Of a stretch of 64,000 nt of DNA, positions 37,161-50,905 are shown piece by piece (positions within the stretch are counted from its first letter, which is position 1; every line of letters begins with the position of its first letter). Source of the DNA: Chrysomallon squamiferum (taxonomy: Eukaryota > Animalia > Mollusca); contig CM022670.1 in the NCBI GenBank assembly GCA_012295275.1, forward strand, positions 24,242,001-24,306,000, read 5' to 3'. The translations under genes were made by a program, and so were the position numbers. Under the pieces are notes generated by a model. It did not search any database and was not told where the DNA came from. It saw only the letters and a list, made by a program, of their open reading frames with translations.

Positions 37161-39361
37161 CAAATAGATAAATACATTTTAAGTATTTATCTTACAATTT
37201 TATTGTCTTTGTTACATGTTAAAATACTCTTTTAAAATTTAATAATAATTTGTTTTGTTTTGTTTTTATAAAATCATTTCTTCCGAAAATACAATCGGTG
37301 CGGTCCGACTCATTTCTTTCATTTTTTTATTTATAATTAATCAAGGAAAATTACATCAGAATAAAATATAATTTTTACAGAAAATAAAATGCCAGGTAAT
37401 TTATTCTTGTTTTATTTATTTACGCTGGTTCTAGATGCTAGTGGTCAGCCAGATGAATTAGCTGCAAATCATAAATCAACGTCTGTCGAAATTAACACGT
37501 AATTACGTAATTTTTTTTTAAAATCATTTCTGAATATACAATCGGTCCAGTCCGACTCTTTTTTTTTTTCTTTTTTTTTTTTAAATTATTATTTATAATT
37601 AATCAAGGAAAATTGCATCAGCAAAAATATAATTTTTTACAAAAAAGAAAATGCTGAGTAATTTATTCTTGACTTATTTATTTACGCTGGTTCTAGATGC
37701 TAGTGGTCAGCCAGATGAATTAGCTGCAAATCATAAATCAACGTCTGTCAAAATTAGCACGTAATTACTATAACATTCTGTATCGCATAATCACATTTAC
37801 TCTGTAACAAGTGTGTGTTGCTTACTATCAGCAGAAAAAAAACCTTAATGTAATAAAAATAACAAAATTATCAAAACAAAAAATAATAAACGTAGCTAAG
37901 CAAAAAATATTAAAAATGAAAACTCCCCCCAAAAAATTTAGAATGGGGGAGAAAAAAGAAAATATTAAAGTAAGCAGTTATGATATGAACGAAATAAAAG
38001 TAAAGAAACTTGGAAAAAGACTAAAATGATATAGAGATAATAATAATTATCTTGTTCACAATATATGTCATGGAATTATCAAAGTACCGAAATAAGCTCG
38101 ACTATTCCTGTTTCCTAATATTGTTTATCAATAGTTCTTTTCAATTATTAAGGAAATGTAAATAGAAGTAGTATTCGATCAAAACCTCAACGACATAACA
38201 GAACACGGAAAAATAATATAAGCATTTATTTATCTAATTAACAATATTAGCTCCTGTCACATATCTACATTTAATACTTACATGTTATATGACCTAAATA
38301 TATAAAAATGTCCAGAGAGAGAGATGCAATTTTTTCTTCTTTTCTTGACATATGACATCTCAGTAATGAAATTCAAATGCCTTGAATAAGTATAAAGAAA
38401 ACAGATCATCCAAAATGGCGGTCGTCAACGTCTGTGAATTTATTGAAATTATGTTATTTATTGATATAATGAAGAGGAGATTTCACTTTCAGGACGTATA
38501 TTTAGAAATGATTATTTATTTGTATATGTAACAAAATCAGAATACTTAACAACGACAAATAATGAGATGATGATGATAATATGTGAATTTGGTTGAAAAA
38601 GCTTTTCACAATAAAATTATGAAGACAGATAGAAACTGACTGATAAAAAGATCAGCTGAACAGAAAATAACACAAAAATAATATATCAAAAAATGACAAA
38701 ATAAAAACACGCCGAAATGGCAGGCTTTTGATAAACGAAATGATAACATCAGAGTATGTATGTTATATTTAGGCTTCTTATCCTTAGAGCAACAGATAAG
38801 TTTACTTTAAATTAATCCAGAAAAATCAATACACTTACTTTACACACACACACACACACAGACACACAAACACACACATACATAGACATATACATAGACA
38901 TAGACATACATAAACTAATAACAAAATAATAATAATAATGGCTCAAGTTCCCGACAGACGTATTTTGGAACCGAAACAAATTCCCATTCTATAACGTGGC
39001 GGACTACGATATCCTCCCGGCGGTTTTATAAAGAACCTCTGGCTGTGCAGTGCAGCACTGTGTCCTGGGTTTTGTTTTTGGACATACGTAGATATTATTA
39101 TACCGTTTTGTAATGTCAAAATGCCTCCCAAACAACAAAATCACCTCATAAGAACACTGTGATGAAAAAGATGAATAAAGTGTCTACTATAAGCAACAAA
39201 AAAAAAAAAAAAAAATTCTTTTGAAGATGTTACAGTCGACTTAATACATGTGCCGTATCCAGTTTATATGTACATTATATACACGTTCCATACATCGGAA
39301 AATGCCATTAGTCAGCCCAGCGCTGGTCCCAGTAATACCGAGATCGAGATAATGAAACAGC

Positions 39362-39367
39362 AATAAT

Positions 39368-39448
<81 letters not shown>

Positions 39449-39449
39449 C

Positions 39450-39490
<41 letters not shown>

Positions 39491-39520
39491 AATAAATTTA
39501 AAAAAAAAAAAAAAAAAAAT
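39362..39520. repeat. (AAT)n/(AAAT)n/poly-A tract immediately 3' of the TLR copy 4 stop
   Basis: Read directly; homologous tract at 45739-45907. Confidence 0.9.
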
Positions 39521-39529
39521 GACGGAGAT

Positions 39530-42156
39530 TCAGGGTCGATCTAGTTCTTGAACAAACCGTTCCCAAAACTCATCCCTGTTTCCTTCGTGCTGAAACTCAA
39601 TATATGATCCTGTTTCCAGCATCTTACGTATTTTATGTGGAAGTTTGCTGTATGGGAAATCCCCCAGTGTAAGAAGAAGTAGATTATTTCGATGTGCGGA
39701 TTCTTCAATAGCCATTCTCATTTCGAACATACACCACTCACTTTCAATGAAATTTTCCGATATAACAAGAACTGTTTTCCTGCTTTCTTTCACCGCTTTT
39801 ATTATATTTATTGTTATTGGAGTCCCTGCAATAAAATCTATTCCATGCACTGTCAGTTTCTTGTTTGCTTCTGTTACAAGCCTTTCATACATTTCTTCTT
39901 CGACTACTTCCTGATCGTCGTTGCTGTAGGAGATAAAGGCATCTTTGGGAAATCTTCCCTGACGAGATCTCTGGCGATCTTTTTTAAAACTATACCTAAT
40001 GCCATAGTACCAGTATCTGAGTTTCCAGCGCTGTTGGTACGCTAGACACGCAAAAAATACAATCCACAAAAAGGCAAACGCTAGAACAGTACCTTTTGCT
40101 ACAGCAACGTAGTTAAAACAGAAAGCCTCTAAGGATTCCACCACTGATTTAAGGTCAGCGAGGTGAACAGTGTGTCCTGATTCATTGAGACAATAGTACT
40201 CATTCATATTCTCCAGGATCACAGGACTGGTCAGCATCCATTTCAGAAACCACAAATTTGGACATTCACACGAGATGGGATTGTGACTCAGATCTATCGC
40301 TATTGAATGATTATTTGCTTTTACTAGGCTGTCCAGTTCAAATGTTAATTTATCAGACAACCATCTGATTTTATTTCTTGAGAAATCAATTTTACGCAAG
40401 TTTTTCATATGATTTACATGTATTGGCATATTATATAAATTATTACAAGACAGTATCAGAAATTCCAAATTTGAAAGTCCAATGAAAATCTTTTCTGGTA
40501 ACTGGTCAAGATTATTAAAAGAAAGGTCCATATACTCAACAGACGATAAGTGTTTGAATAAAACTCCATCGACGTCGTTCATTATTGGATTTTTTAAAAG
40601 ATTATGTGATATATTTAATACCTTTAACGAAGGTACGTTTCGAAAGAATTCCGAGTGAAGATGCATAGCATCATTGTTCGACAAATCCAGATTTGTAAGG
40701 TTGGACAAACCAGTAACTGGTCCCTTCCACGACGCCAGTAGATTGTACGAAAAATTCATCGTCTTCAGCACGTTCATTCCCATACGCAGTTCAGATATTT
40801 CAAATGCCAATTCTTCGTATGTGTATTTTAGTGTTTCCAGTTTAGGTGGTGGAAAAATAATGGGCTGACCGATAAAATTTGTTTGAAGATCAAACGGGTT
40901 GTTCTGTTCTTGGTTGAAGTCTTCTAACCATTCGTAATCAACGTCTTCCACTGCCTTGGAACAAATCTGATCTTCTTCGTCTATTTGGTCATGAAAGTTT
41001 GGTATAGGTATGTTGCGGGGTCCTGAAATACCACTGAGATCAATTTCAGTGAGATTTTGCAAAAACCTATTTGTTCAATATATTTACCTATAGCCAACCA
41101 GCTATTTCTCAAAGTAACTTTACGCAGTGTCCGAGGGAAAAATCGCAATGCATCAACTTCGAATATTTGAATTCTATTTCCGTCCGCGTATATTTCTTCA
41201 ATTATCGTATTTCTCATATATTTCAGGTTGTCTTTGGTGATATATACACAGACTTCTTCTTTTTCGACCACGTAACTAATGTTCAGGATGCGAAGTGAAG
41301 AGTTTTGCCAGCCGTACGAACCATTGAACAGCCTGTCCATCTTCAGACGTCTGTTGTAAGAGATATCAAGAACCTCAAGTGACGATTTAAGCGGGACAAA
41401 TGCTGCAGGTTCGATGTAGACGATGTTGCAATTTGATATATTCAGCAGCTTCACGTGGCTGATGTGAGTAAAAGTTGTGTTAAACAATGCTACAATATTG
41501 CTGTCTTCGTGTTCTCCCGCAAGACTCAGATGAGTTAGGGAAACGAGATTTGAAAATCCTTGTCCGAAACTTTGATTGGTCAAGCCATCAAGATGAAGCT
41601 GTTGCAAGGACACCAGATAGGACAATGCTTTGTCCGGATACTTCAAGTCTTTTCGTTGTCCTGAGTATGCGTTCCCATTCAGATTTAAAGACTTTAAATT
41701 CCTCAGTGATTTAAAAATATCGGAATTGAAGACACTTTCAACATAAGGCAAAACGTTCCTCTGCAAATTCAAGACTTCTAGTTTGTCCAGGTTGCGAAAT
41801 GCCCAGATATCTATAACTGATATTTTGTTTGAAGCCAAATTCAGTTCTAATAGATTCGTGAAGTTGATAAAACAATCATTTTCCAGCTTGTCTAAGTGAT
41901 TAAAATCCAGCAAAAGTACTGAAACGTTCTTGGCGATATGCAAGTTAGGTACAGACGTCAAATTTGTATTCGTGCACACAGCTACAATGGAGCCATTGTT
42001 TTCTCTGCACAAACAGGGAGCGCACGGATCATCAAGTTGTGAAGTCTCTTCAGACGCTGGTATGACTTGAACTTCTGACTTTGTCAAAATATTGACTGAA
42101 CGTACAGAGCAAGCCAACAAAAACACAAATACAGATACTCGAATGTCGTGAGCCAT
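39530..42156 (-). pseudogene. Toll-like receptor copy 4 with a 1-bp frameshift mid-ectodomain (or a consensus error); BB-loop DFIAG
   Basis: 2627 bp. gcaaaaacctat at 41059-41070 versus gcaaaaacactat in copy 5 splits it into a 391-aa N-terminal ORF and a 510-aa C-terminal frame. No other lesions seen. Confidence 0.85.
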
Positions 42157-42539
42157 TCCACTTTCTGCAAAAGTTAAAATATGTATGAGTGTAATTGAAA
42201 TGAATTAAACAGCAGCAACAACAAGAATAATAGAAAACAAAAGCTATTTTATATTAGGCAGGTAGTGTATTGATAGCGGATATTACACTGTATACACATG
42301 AACTTACCCACTCACTCACATACATGCTCATACAGACATGAACTACATACATACATACATACATACATACATACAGATAAAATTAGCAGAGAAGAAAGAG
42401 ACGAAGGCATAATTTCGGAAATAAGGTATCCTATACGTAGGTTTCTTCCCATTTTATCCAAAAATGTGTTGTAGGGATTAAAATATTATGAGATCAAGCG
42501 ATAAACATGTAATAGACTATTAGACTATGAGTATAATTG

Positions 42540-42905
42540 AGATACTTTTTGTCGATTCTAGCTGTAAGTCGGTAAATATCGCGAATATTACTCCACAGAG
42601 CTCGGGCATGGTAGAAGAAACATCTGGATTCCTTTCAACACTTCGTTGCAGACTCGATGTGGAAAATCCCTGACTCCAAGTCAAAGTTGTTTCTTTCAGC
42701 TTCATTCTTCAACAGTTGAAAGGTACATTATGACTTGGACTTTGGCACGAAGAGTATTAGTATATGAAGTGCCGTCAGCTTTCCTTAATTATTCAATGAT
42801 TTTAATGACAGGGAAAATAAGAACATTGTCTGTCTCTCCGCGTTAGCTTACAAAGATAGGTCACCTTCATCTGTAAATGTCCATGCACCAACAAACACAA
42901 CTTAG
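42540..42905 (-). mobile_element. Degenerate MULE transposase fragment, unit 4 (best preserved)
   Basis: VVFVGAWTFTDEGDLSL*AN/GETDNVLIFPVIKIIE*LRKADGTSYT, then PKSKS*CTFQLLKNEAERNNFDLESGIFHIESAT and CFFYHARALWSNI. This follows the MULE motif order W-x2-T..G..ILIF..DGTF..K..F..LK..hxD(FE)xA..CFFH..ALW. Confidence 0.62.
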
Positions 42906-43142
42906 TATCACCCACAAGGTCTAACGATCATTAAAAATCAGATCAAGAAGGAAAAAAGTTAATATTTTCCTTTAGATCAAGAGTGAAAATTTTAGGTATG
43001 AAATTAGATCAGGTGGGTGCAAACCTCCTATACACGGTAACGGATACAGTATACTGACTAGTAATAGATGGATGCATTACACTGATGAAGTATTTTTATA
43101 AAAATAAATATATAGATAGATGTATAGTCACACCTATGAGCA

Positions 43143-43195
<53 letters not shown>

Positions 43196-43479
43196 TTCAT
43201 ATTAACACTTTCATATTTTGCAGAACATATTCCGGTTTCAGATACCATAATACATTGTTGTTTTAAATTTAGGTTCGTTAAAAATTAACTTGGGAAAAAA
43301 ACAAACAAAAAACAACAACCGCAAAACAATATGTATTTATACGTTTAAAATGCTTAGATTTAAAAACACATAATTTATTTATAAAATGGTGGACTTAACA
43401 GATAACATGACATGGGAAATAACCTCATCCAGTAAACATTGCGGAAGTAAATTGTTTAATTTCAAAGGAAAATCTTTAA

Positions 43480-43800
43480 CACAACTTTTTGTAATTAAAT
43501 GTCGAGCGTGTCTGTTATCAGTTAGTTAACTAAAGAAAGAAAGAAAGAAAAGGCATACTTACTTCGCTAAAATGCTTTAAAGGTTTTGATCTTTGATGTG
43601 TGGTAACGTGGGACAGCAAATACACAATTCCTAGAGTTTCGAGGTCACTCGCTGCCAGGGTCATGTTACTCCTGAGTCGCGACTTCCTCTGAACGAGGAA
43701 AAAGAAGGATGCCTTCGTATAGAATCGATCACGTTGAAAGAAACGTTTTTGGAAAGGTTTACAATTTAATTTCGTTAAATTCATAAAATTTAAAAAATAC
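43480..43800 (-). promoter_or_regulatory. Putative first-exon module of TLR copy 4 (single copy)
   Basis: Donor acttac at 43557-43562; TGTGGT ~43598; gacttcctc 43681-43689. Confidence 0.5.
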
Positions 43801-43944
43801 ACAAATATTTTATAGAATTTAAAGTATTATTTATATAAGTTTATTGTCTTTGTTACATGTAAAAGTACGTTTCAAAATTTTTTATAATAATTTTCATTAT
43901 TTTTTTTTAAAATCATTTCTGAATATACAATCGGTCCAGTCCGA

Positions 43945-43985
<41 letters not shown>

Positions 43986-45738
43986 TTATTTATAATTAAT
44001 CAAGGAAAATTGCATCAGCAAAAATAAAAATTTTTACAAAAAAGAAAATGCTGAGTAATTTATTCTTGATTTATTCATTTACGCTGGTTCTAGATGCTAG
44101 TGGTCAGCCAGATGAATTAGCTGCAAATCATAAATCAACGTCTGTCGAAATTAACACGTAATTACTATAACGTTCTGTATCGCATAATCACATTTACTCT
44201 GTAACAAGTGTGTGTTGCTTACTATCAGCAGAAAAAAAACCTTAATGTAATAAAAATAACAAAATTATCAAAACTAAAAATATTAAAAATCAAAATCAAA
44301 ATAAATAAATAAATAAATAAAAAAGGTGGGAAAAAATAAAAAATAAAGTAAGCAGTTATGATATGAACGAAATAAAAATAAAGAAACTTGGTATAAGGCT
44401 AAAATGATGTAGAGAGAATAATAATTATCTTGTTCATTATTTATGTCGTGGAATTATTAAAGTACCGAAATAAGCTCGACTATTCTTGTTTCCTAATATT
44501 GTTTATCAATAGTTCTTTTCAATTACTAAGGAAATGTAAATAGAAGCAGTATTCGATCAAAACCTCAACGACATAACAGAACACGGAAAAATAATAGAAG
44601 CATTTATTTATCTAATTAACAATATTAGCTCCTGTCACATATCTACATTTAATACTTACATGTTATATGAGCTAAATATATAAAAATGTCCAGAGAGAGA
44701 GATGCAATTTTTTCTTCTTTTCTTGACATATGACATCTCAGTAATGAAATTCAAATGCCTTGAATAAGTATAAAGAAAACAGATCATCCAAAATGGCGGT
44801 CGTCAACGTCTGTGAATTTATTGAAATTATGTTATTTATTGATATAATGAAGAGGAGATTTCATTTTCAGGACGTATATTTAGAAATGATTATTTATTTG
44901 TATATGTAGCAAAATCAGAATACTTAACAACGACAAATAATGAGATGATGATGATAATATGTGAATTTGGTTGAAAAAACTTTTCACAATAAAATTATGA
45001 AGACAGATAGAAACTGACTGATAAAAAGATCAGCTGAACAGAAAATAACACAAAAATAATATATCAAAAAATGACAAAATAAAAACACGCCGAAATGGCA
45101 GGCTTTTGATAAACGAAATGATAACATCAGAGTATGTATGTTATATTTAGGCTTCTTATCCTTAGAGCAACAGATAAGTTTACTTTAAATTAATCCAGAA
45201 AAATCAATACACTTACTTCACACAGCACACACACAGACAGACACACAAACACACACACGCATACATAGACATAGACATACATAAACTAATAACAAAAATA
45301 ATAATAATAATGGCTCAAGTTCCCGACAGCGGTATTTGGAACCGAGCAAATTCCCATTCTATAACGTGGCGGACTACGATATCCTCGCGGCGGTTTTATA
45401 AAGAACCTCTGGCTGTGCAGTGCAGCACTGTGTCCTGGGTTTTGTTTTTGGACATACGTAGATATTATTATACCGTTTTGTAATGTCAGTATGCCTCCCA
45501 GAAGTTCAGGATCACCTCATAGTAACACTGTGATGAAAAAGATGAATAAAGTGTCTACTATAAGCAACAAAAAAAAAAAAAAAAAAAAAAAATTCTTTTG
45601 AAGATGTTACAGTCGACTTAATACATGTGCCGTATCCAGTTTATATGTACATTATATACACGTTCCATACATCGGAAAATGCCATTAGTCAGCCCAGCGC
45701 TGGTCCCAGTAATACCGAGATTGAGATAATGAAACAGC

Positions 45739-45867
<129 letters not shown>

Positions 45868-45877
45868 AATAAATAAA

Positions 45878-45908
<31 letters not shown>

Positions 45909-45919
45909 ATGACGGAGAT

Positions 45920-48547
45920 TCAGGGTCGATCTAGTTCTTGAACAAACCGTTCCCAAAACTCATCCCTGTTTCCTTCGTGCTGAAACTCAATGTATGATCC
46001 TGTTTCCAGCATCTTACGTATTTTATGTGGAAGTTTGCTGTATGGGAAATCCCCCAGTATAAGAAGAAGTAGATTATTTCGATGTGCGGATTCTTCAATA
46101 GCCATTCTCATTTCGAACACACACCACTCACTTTCAATGAAATTTTCCGATATAACAAGAACTGTTTTCCTGCTTTCTTTCACCGCTTTTATTATATTTA
46201 TTGTTATTGGAGTCCCTGGAATAAAATCTATTCCATGCACTGTCAGTTTCTTGTTTGCTTCTGTTACAAGCCTTTCATACATTTCTGCTTGGACTACTTC
46301 CTGATCGTCGTTGCTGTAGGAGATAAAGGCATCTTTGGGAAATCTTCCCTGACGAGATCTCTGGCGATCTTTTTTAAAACTATACCTAATGCCATAGTAC
46401 CAGTATCTCAGCTTCCAGCGCTGTTGGTACGCTAGACACGCAAAAAATACAATCCACAAAAAGGCAAACGCTAGAACAGTACCTTTTGCTACAGCAACGT
46501 AGTTAAAACAGAAAGCCTCTAAGGATTCCACCACTGATTTAAGGTCAGCGAGGTGAACAATGTGTCCTGATTCATTGAGACAATAGTACTCATTCATATT
46601 CTCCAGGATCACAGGACTGGTCAGCATCCATTTCAGAAACCACAAATTTGGACATTCACACGAAATGGGATTGTGACTCAGATCTATCGCTATTGAATGA
46701 TTATTTGCTTTTACTAGGCTGTCCAGTTCAAATGTTAATTTATCAGACAACCATCTGATTTTGTTTCTCGAGAAATCAATTTTACGCAAGTTTTTCATAT
46801 GATTTACATGTATTGGTATATTATATAGATTATTCCACGACAGTATCAGAGATTCCAAATTTGAAAGTCCAGTGAAAATCTTTTCTGGTAACTGGTCAAG
46901 ATTATTAAAAGAAAGGTCCATATACTGAAGAGAAGATAAGTGTTTGAATAAAACTCCATCGACGTCGTTCATTATTGGATTTTTTAAAAGATTATGTGAT
47001 ATATTTAATACAGTTAACGAGGGTAGGTTATCAAAGAATTCCGAGTGAACTTGCAGAGCATCATTGTGCGACAAATCCAGATTTGTAAGGTTGGACAAAC
47101 CAGTAACTGGTCCCTTCCACGACGCCAGTAGATTGTACGAAAAATTCATCGTCTTCAGCTCGTTCATTCCCAGAAGTAGTTCAGATATTTCAAATGCCAA
47201 TTCTTCGTATGTGTATTTTAGTGTTTCCAGTTTAGGTGGGAGAAAAATAATGGGCTGACCGATAAAATTTGTTTGAAGATCAAACGGGTTGTTCTGTTCT
47301 TGGTTGAAGTCTTCTAACCATTCGTAATCAACGTCTTCCACTGCCTTTGAACAAATCTGGTCTTCTTCGTCTATCTGGTCATGAAAGTTTGGTATAGGTA
47401 TGTTGCGGGGTCCTGAAATACCACTGAGATCAATTTCAGTGAGATTTTGCAAAAACACTATTTGTTCAATATATTTACCTATAGCAAACCAGCTATTTCT
47501 CAAAGTAACTTTACGCAGTGTTCGCGGGAGAAGTTGTAGAGCACCAACTTCGAATATTTGAATTCTGTTTCCGTCCGCGTATATTTCTTCAATTATCGTA
47601 TTTCTCATATATTTCACGTTGTCTTTGGTGATATATACACAAACTTCGTGTTTTTCGACCACGTAACTAATGTTCAGGATGCGAAGTGACGAGTTTTGCC
47701 AGCCGTACGAACCATTGAACAGCCTGTCCAGCTTCAGACGTCTGTTGTAAGAGATATCAAGAACCTCAAGTGACGATTTAAGCGGGACAAATGCTGCAGG
47801 TTCGATGTAGACGATGTTGCAATTTGATATATTCAGCAGCTTCACGTGGCTGATGTGAGTAAAAGTTGTGTTAAGCAATGCTACAATATTGCTGTCTTCG
47901 TGTTCTCCCGCAAGACTCAGATGAGTTAGGGAAACGAGATTTGAAAATCCTTGTCCGAAACTTTGATTGGTCAAGCCATCAAGATGAAGCTGTTGCAAGG
48001 ACACCAGATAGGACAATGCTTTGTCCGGATACTTCAAGTCTTTTCGTTGTCCTGAGTATGCGTTCCCATTCAGATTTAAAGACTTTAAATTCCTCAGTGA
48101 TTTAAAAATATCGGAATTGAAGACACTTTCAACATATGGCAAAACGTTCCTCTGCAAATTCAAGACTTCTAGTTTGTCCAGGTTGCGAAATGCCCAGATA
48201 TCTATAACTGATATCTTGTTTGAAGCCAAATTCAGTTCTAAAAGATTCGTGAAGTTGATAAAACAATCATTTTCCAGCTTGTCTAAGTGATTAAAATCCA
48301 GCAAAAGTACTGAAACGTTCTTGGCGATATGCAAGTTAGGTACAGACGTCAAATTTTTATTCGTGCACACAGCTACAATGGAGCCATTGTTTTCTCTGCA
48401 CAAACAGGGAGCGCACGGATCATCAAGTTGTGAAGTCTCTTCAGACGCTGGTATGACTTGAACTTCTGACTTTGTCGAAATATTGACTGAACGTACAGAG
48501 CAAGCCAACAAAAACACGAATACAGATACTCGAATGTCGTGAGCCAT
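45920..48547 (-). CDS. Toll-like receptor copy 5, intact, 875 aa
   Basis: Full signal peptide-LRR-LRRCT-TM-TIR frame of 2628 bp; BB-loop DFIPG. Confidence 0.96.
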   Translation of the reverse strand: MAHDIRVSVFVFLLACSVRSVNISTKSEVQVIPASEETSQLDDPCAPCLCRENNGSIVAVCTNKNLTSVPNLHIAKNVSVLLLDFNHLDKLENDCFINFTNLLELNLASNKISVIDIWAFRNLDKLEVLNLQRNVLPYVESVFNSDIFKSLRNLKSLNLNGNAYSGQRKDLKYPDKALSYLVSLQQLHLDGLTNQSFGQGFSNLVSLTHLSLAGEHEDSNIVALLNTTFTHISHVKLLNISNCNIVYIEPAAFVPLKSSLEVLDISYNRRLKLDRLFNGSYGWQNSSLRILNISYVVEKHEVCVYITKDNVKYMRNTIIEEIYADGNRIQIFEVGALQLLPRTLRKVTLRNSWFAIGKYIEQIVFLQNLTEIDLSGISGPRNIPIPNFHDQIDEEDQICSKAVEDVDYEWLEDFNQEQNNPFDLQTNFIGQPIIFLPPKLETLKYTYEELAFEISELLLGMNELKTMNFSYNLLASWKGPVTGLSNLTNLDLSHNDALQVHSEFFDNLPSLTVLNISHNLLKNPIMNDVDGVLFKHLSSLQYMDLSFNNLDQLPEKIFTGLSNLESLILSWNNLYNIPIHVNHMKNLRKIDFSRNKIRWLSDKLTFELDSLVKANNHSIAIDLSHNPISCECPNLWFLKWMLTSPVILENMNEYYCLNESGHIVHLADLKSVVESLEAFCFNYVAVAKGTVLAFAFLWIVFFACLAYQQRWKLRYWYYGIRYSFKKDRQRSRQGRFPKDAFISYSNDDQEVVQAEMYERLVTEANKKLTVHGIDFIPGTPITINIIKAVKESRKTVLVISENFIESEWCVFEMRMAIEESAHRNNLLLLILGDFPYSKLPHKIRKMLETGSYIEFQHEGNRDEFWERFVQELDRP

Positions 48548-48839
48548 TCCACTTTCTGCAAAAGTTAAAAGATGTAAAAGGGTAATTGAAATGAATTAAA
48601 TAACAACAGCAATAATGGAAAGAAATAACAAAAAAGCTATACTCAGATACATACTCATATACACACACTTCATACATACATACATACATACATACATACA
48701 TACAGATAAAACTAGTAGAAAAAAAGAGACGAAGGCATAAGTTTCCTTTCCACTTGATCTAAAAAATATTTCGTAGGGATTAAAATATTATTAGATGAAA
48801 CGGGAAATATGTAATAGGTTATTAGACTATGTGGCTAAC

Positions 48840-49100
48840 TGGGATATTTCGAGCTGACTCTAAATATCCTGAATCCTAGTCCAGAGAGCTCGGGCATGGT
48901 AGAAGAAAAATCTGGATTCCTTTCAACACTTTGTTGCAGAGTCGATGTGGAAGAGTATAAGTAGTCAGCTTTGCATAGTTATTCTATGTTTTTAATCATA
49001 ACGAAAATAAGGAAATTGTCTGTCTCTCCGCGGTAACTTACAAAGAACGGTTACTGCCATCTGTAAATGTCCATAAGTGACCTAAGAGACACAACTTAGG
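48840..49100 (-). mobile_element. Degenerate MULE transposase fragment, unit 5 (internally deleted)
   Basis: WTFTDG../GETDNFLIFVMIKNIE*LCKAD, then a deletion joining to FHIDSAT. Confidence 0.5.
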
Positions 49101-49332
49101 ATCACCCACAAGGTCTAACGATCATTAAAAATCAGATCAAGAAGGAAGAAAGTTAATATTCTCCTTTAGATCAAGTGTGGAAATTTTAGGTATGAAATTA
49201 GATCAAGAGGGTGCAAACATCCTATACACGGTAACGGATACAGTATACTGACTAATAATAGATAACTGTATTAGACTGATAAAGTATTTTTATAAAAATA
49301 GATGTATACATACATATGTAATCACACCTATA

Positions 49333-49376
<44 letters not shown>

Positions 49377-49579
49377 CACGAACGCATGCACTGTTCATAT
49401 TAACACTTACATATTTTGCAAAACATGTTTCGGTTTCAGATACCCGCATACATTGTTATTTTAAATTTACTTTGTTAAAAAATCAACTTCCTTTAAGGAA
49501 AGGAGTAATGATAATAATAAAACAGTATGTATTTATACGTTTAAAATGCTTATATTTAAAAACGCAACGTTTATTTATT

Positions 49580-49860
49580 GTTATCAGTTAATTAACTAAA
49601 TAAAGAGAGAAAGAAAAAAAACCATTACTTACTTCGTTATAATGCTTTATAGGTTTTGACCTTTGCTGTGTGGTAACGTGGTGCAGCACGTACACAACTT
49701 CACTTTCGACGTCACTCGTTGTTAGGGTCGTCTTGCTGAACGGTCACGACCTCCTCTCAACGAGGTAAAAACGAAACAGCCTTTTGTGCAGAATCGATCA
49801 CGCTAAAAAGAACCTATTTGAAAAAGTTTACAATTTAATTTCGTTGCGTTCGTAAAATTT
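49580..49860 (-). promoter_or_regulatory. Putative first-exon module of TLR copy 5 (most diverged copy)
   Basis: Donor acttac at 49627-49632; tgtggtaacgtgg and aatcgatcacg cores are retained. Confidence 0.45.
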
Positions 49861-50133
49861 TACAACTAACATAAATAGATTTTAAAGACTTTGATGTATT
49901 ATTTATACAAGTTTATTGTCTTTGTTACATGTTAAAATACATTTTTATAAATTTAATAATAAATGGTGTTTTTTTTTGTTTTTTGTTTTTTTAAAATCAT
50001 TTCTGAAAAAACAATCGGTCCAGTCCGCCTTATTATTTTTTATACTTTTTTATTATTATTTATAATTAATCAAGGAAAATTGCATCAGGAAAAATAAAAA
50101 TTTTTACTGCCAGATTGATCGAAGAACCAAACA

Positions 50134-50187
<54 letters not shown>

Positions 50188-50299
50188 CTGAATCATATTT
50201 AACCAGTTTTTGTTATTGATATTGTTGCTTTTCATTTATTTCATGTTGTCTGTTTGCTTTAATTATTTAAGGCGTATAATTTATTTATTTATTTATTTA

Positions 50300-50345
<46 letters not shown>

Positions 50346-50753
50346 GATTTATTTATTTATTCTAGGTTTTTCCAATTTTGAATTTTTCAAATTGTTTGGA
50401 TTTCCTATATTGTAATTCACACAGTAACGACAACCACAACGACGACGACATTTGATAATGGATATATGAAAATCGAACATTCGTCAACAAAATTTCTTGT
50501 AAGCGAAAATCGATTCATATTCATTTTGATTATTTTACAGGATAGTGATTTATGTAACTAGCTATTTCTCGTTCGTTCAGAATACGATGACACCTGTATC
50601 AAAACATGCTGTGGAACATGCTGCAGTCTGTCATGCAGTTAGTGTAACAGGTGGCAATAACTCGTAGATCAACTAGCTATTTTATTATTGTTATTTATTA
50701 TTTTATTTTTGTCTCAATTTATTATTATTATTATTATTATTAAAAGACATTTT

Positions 50754-50784
<31 letters not shown>

Positions 50785-50860
50785 AATTACAATCTAGCGG
50801 TTACAAAATGGATTTTATTATATTTAGTTAAAGGCAAATCTATATTTTTAACGATTATAT

Positions 50861-50905
<45 letters not shown>

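Noticed and set aside
45310-45530. Ankyrin-like fragment (KTQDTVLHCTARG..EDIVV) in the TLR 3' flank of each unit
   Set aside because: One weak motif among stop codons, with frames not consistent across units. Cannot be supported without a search.
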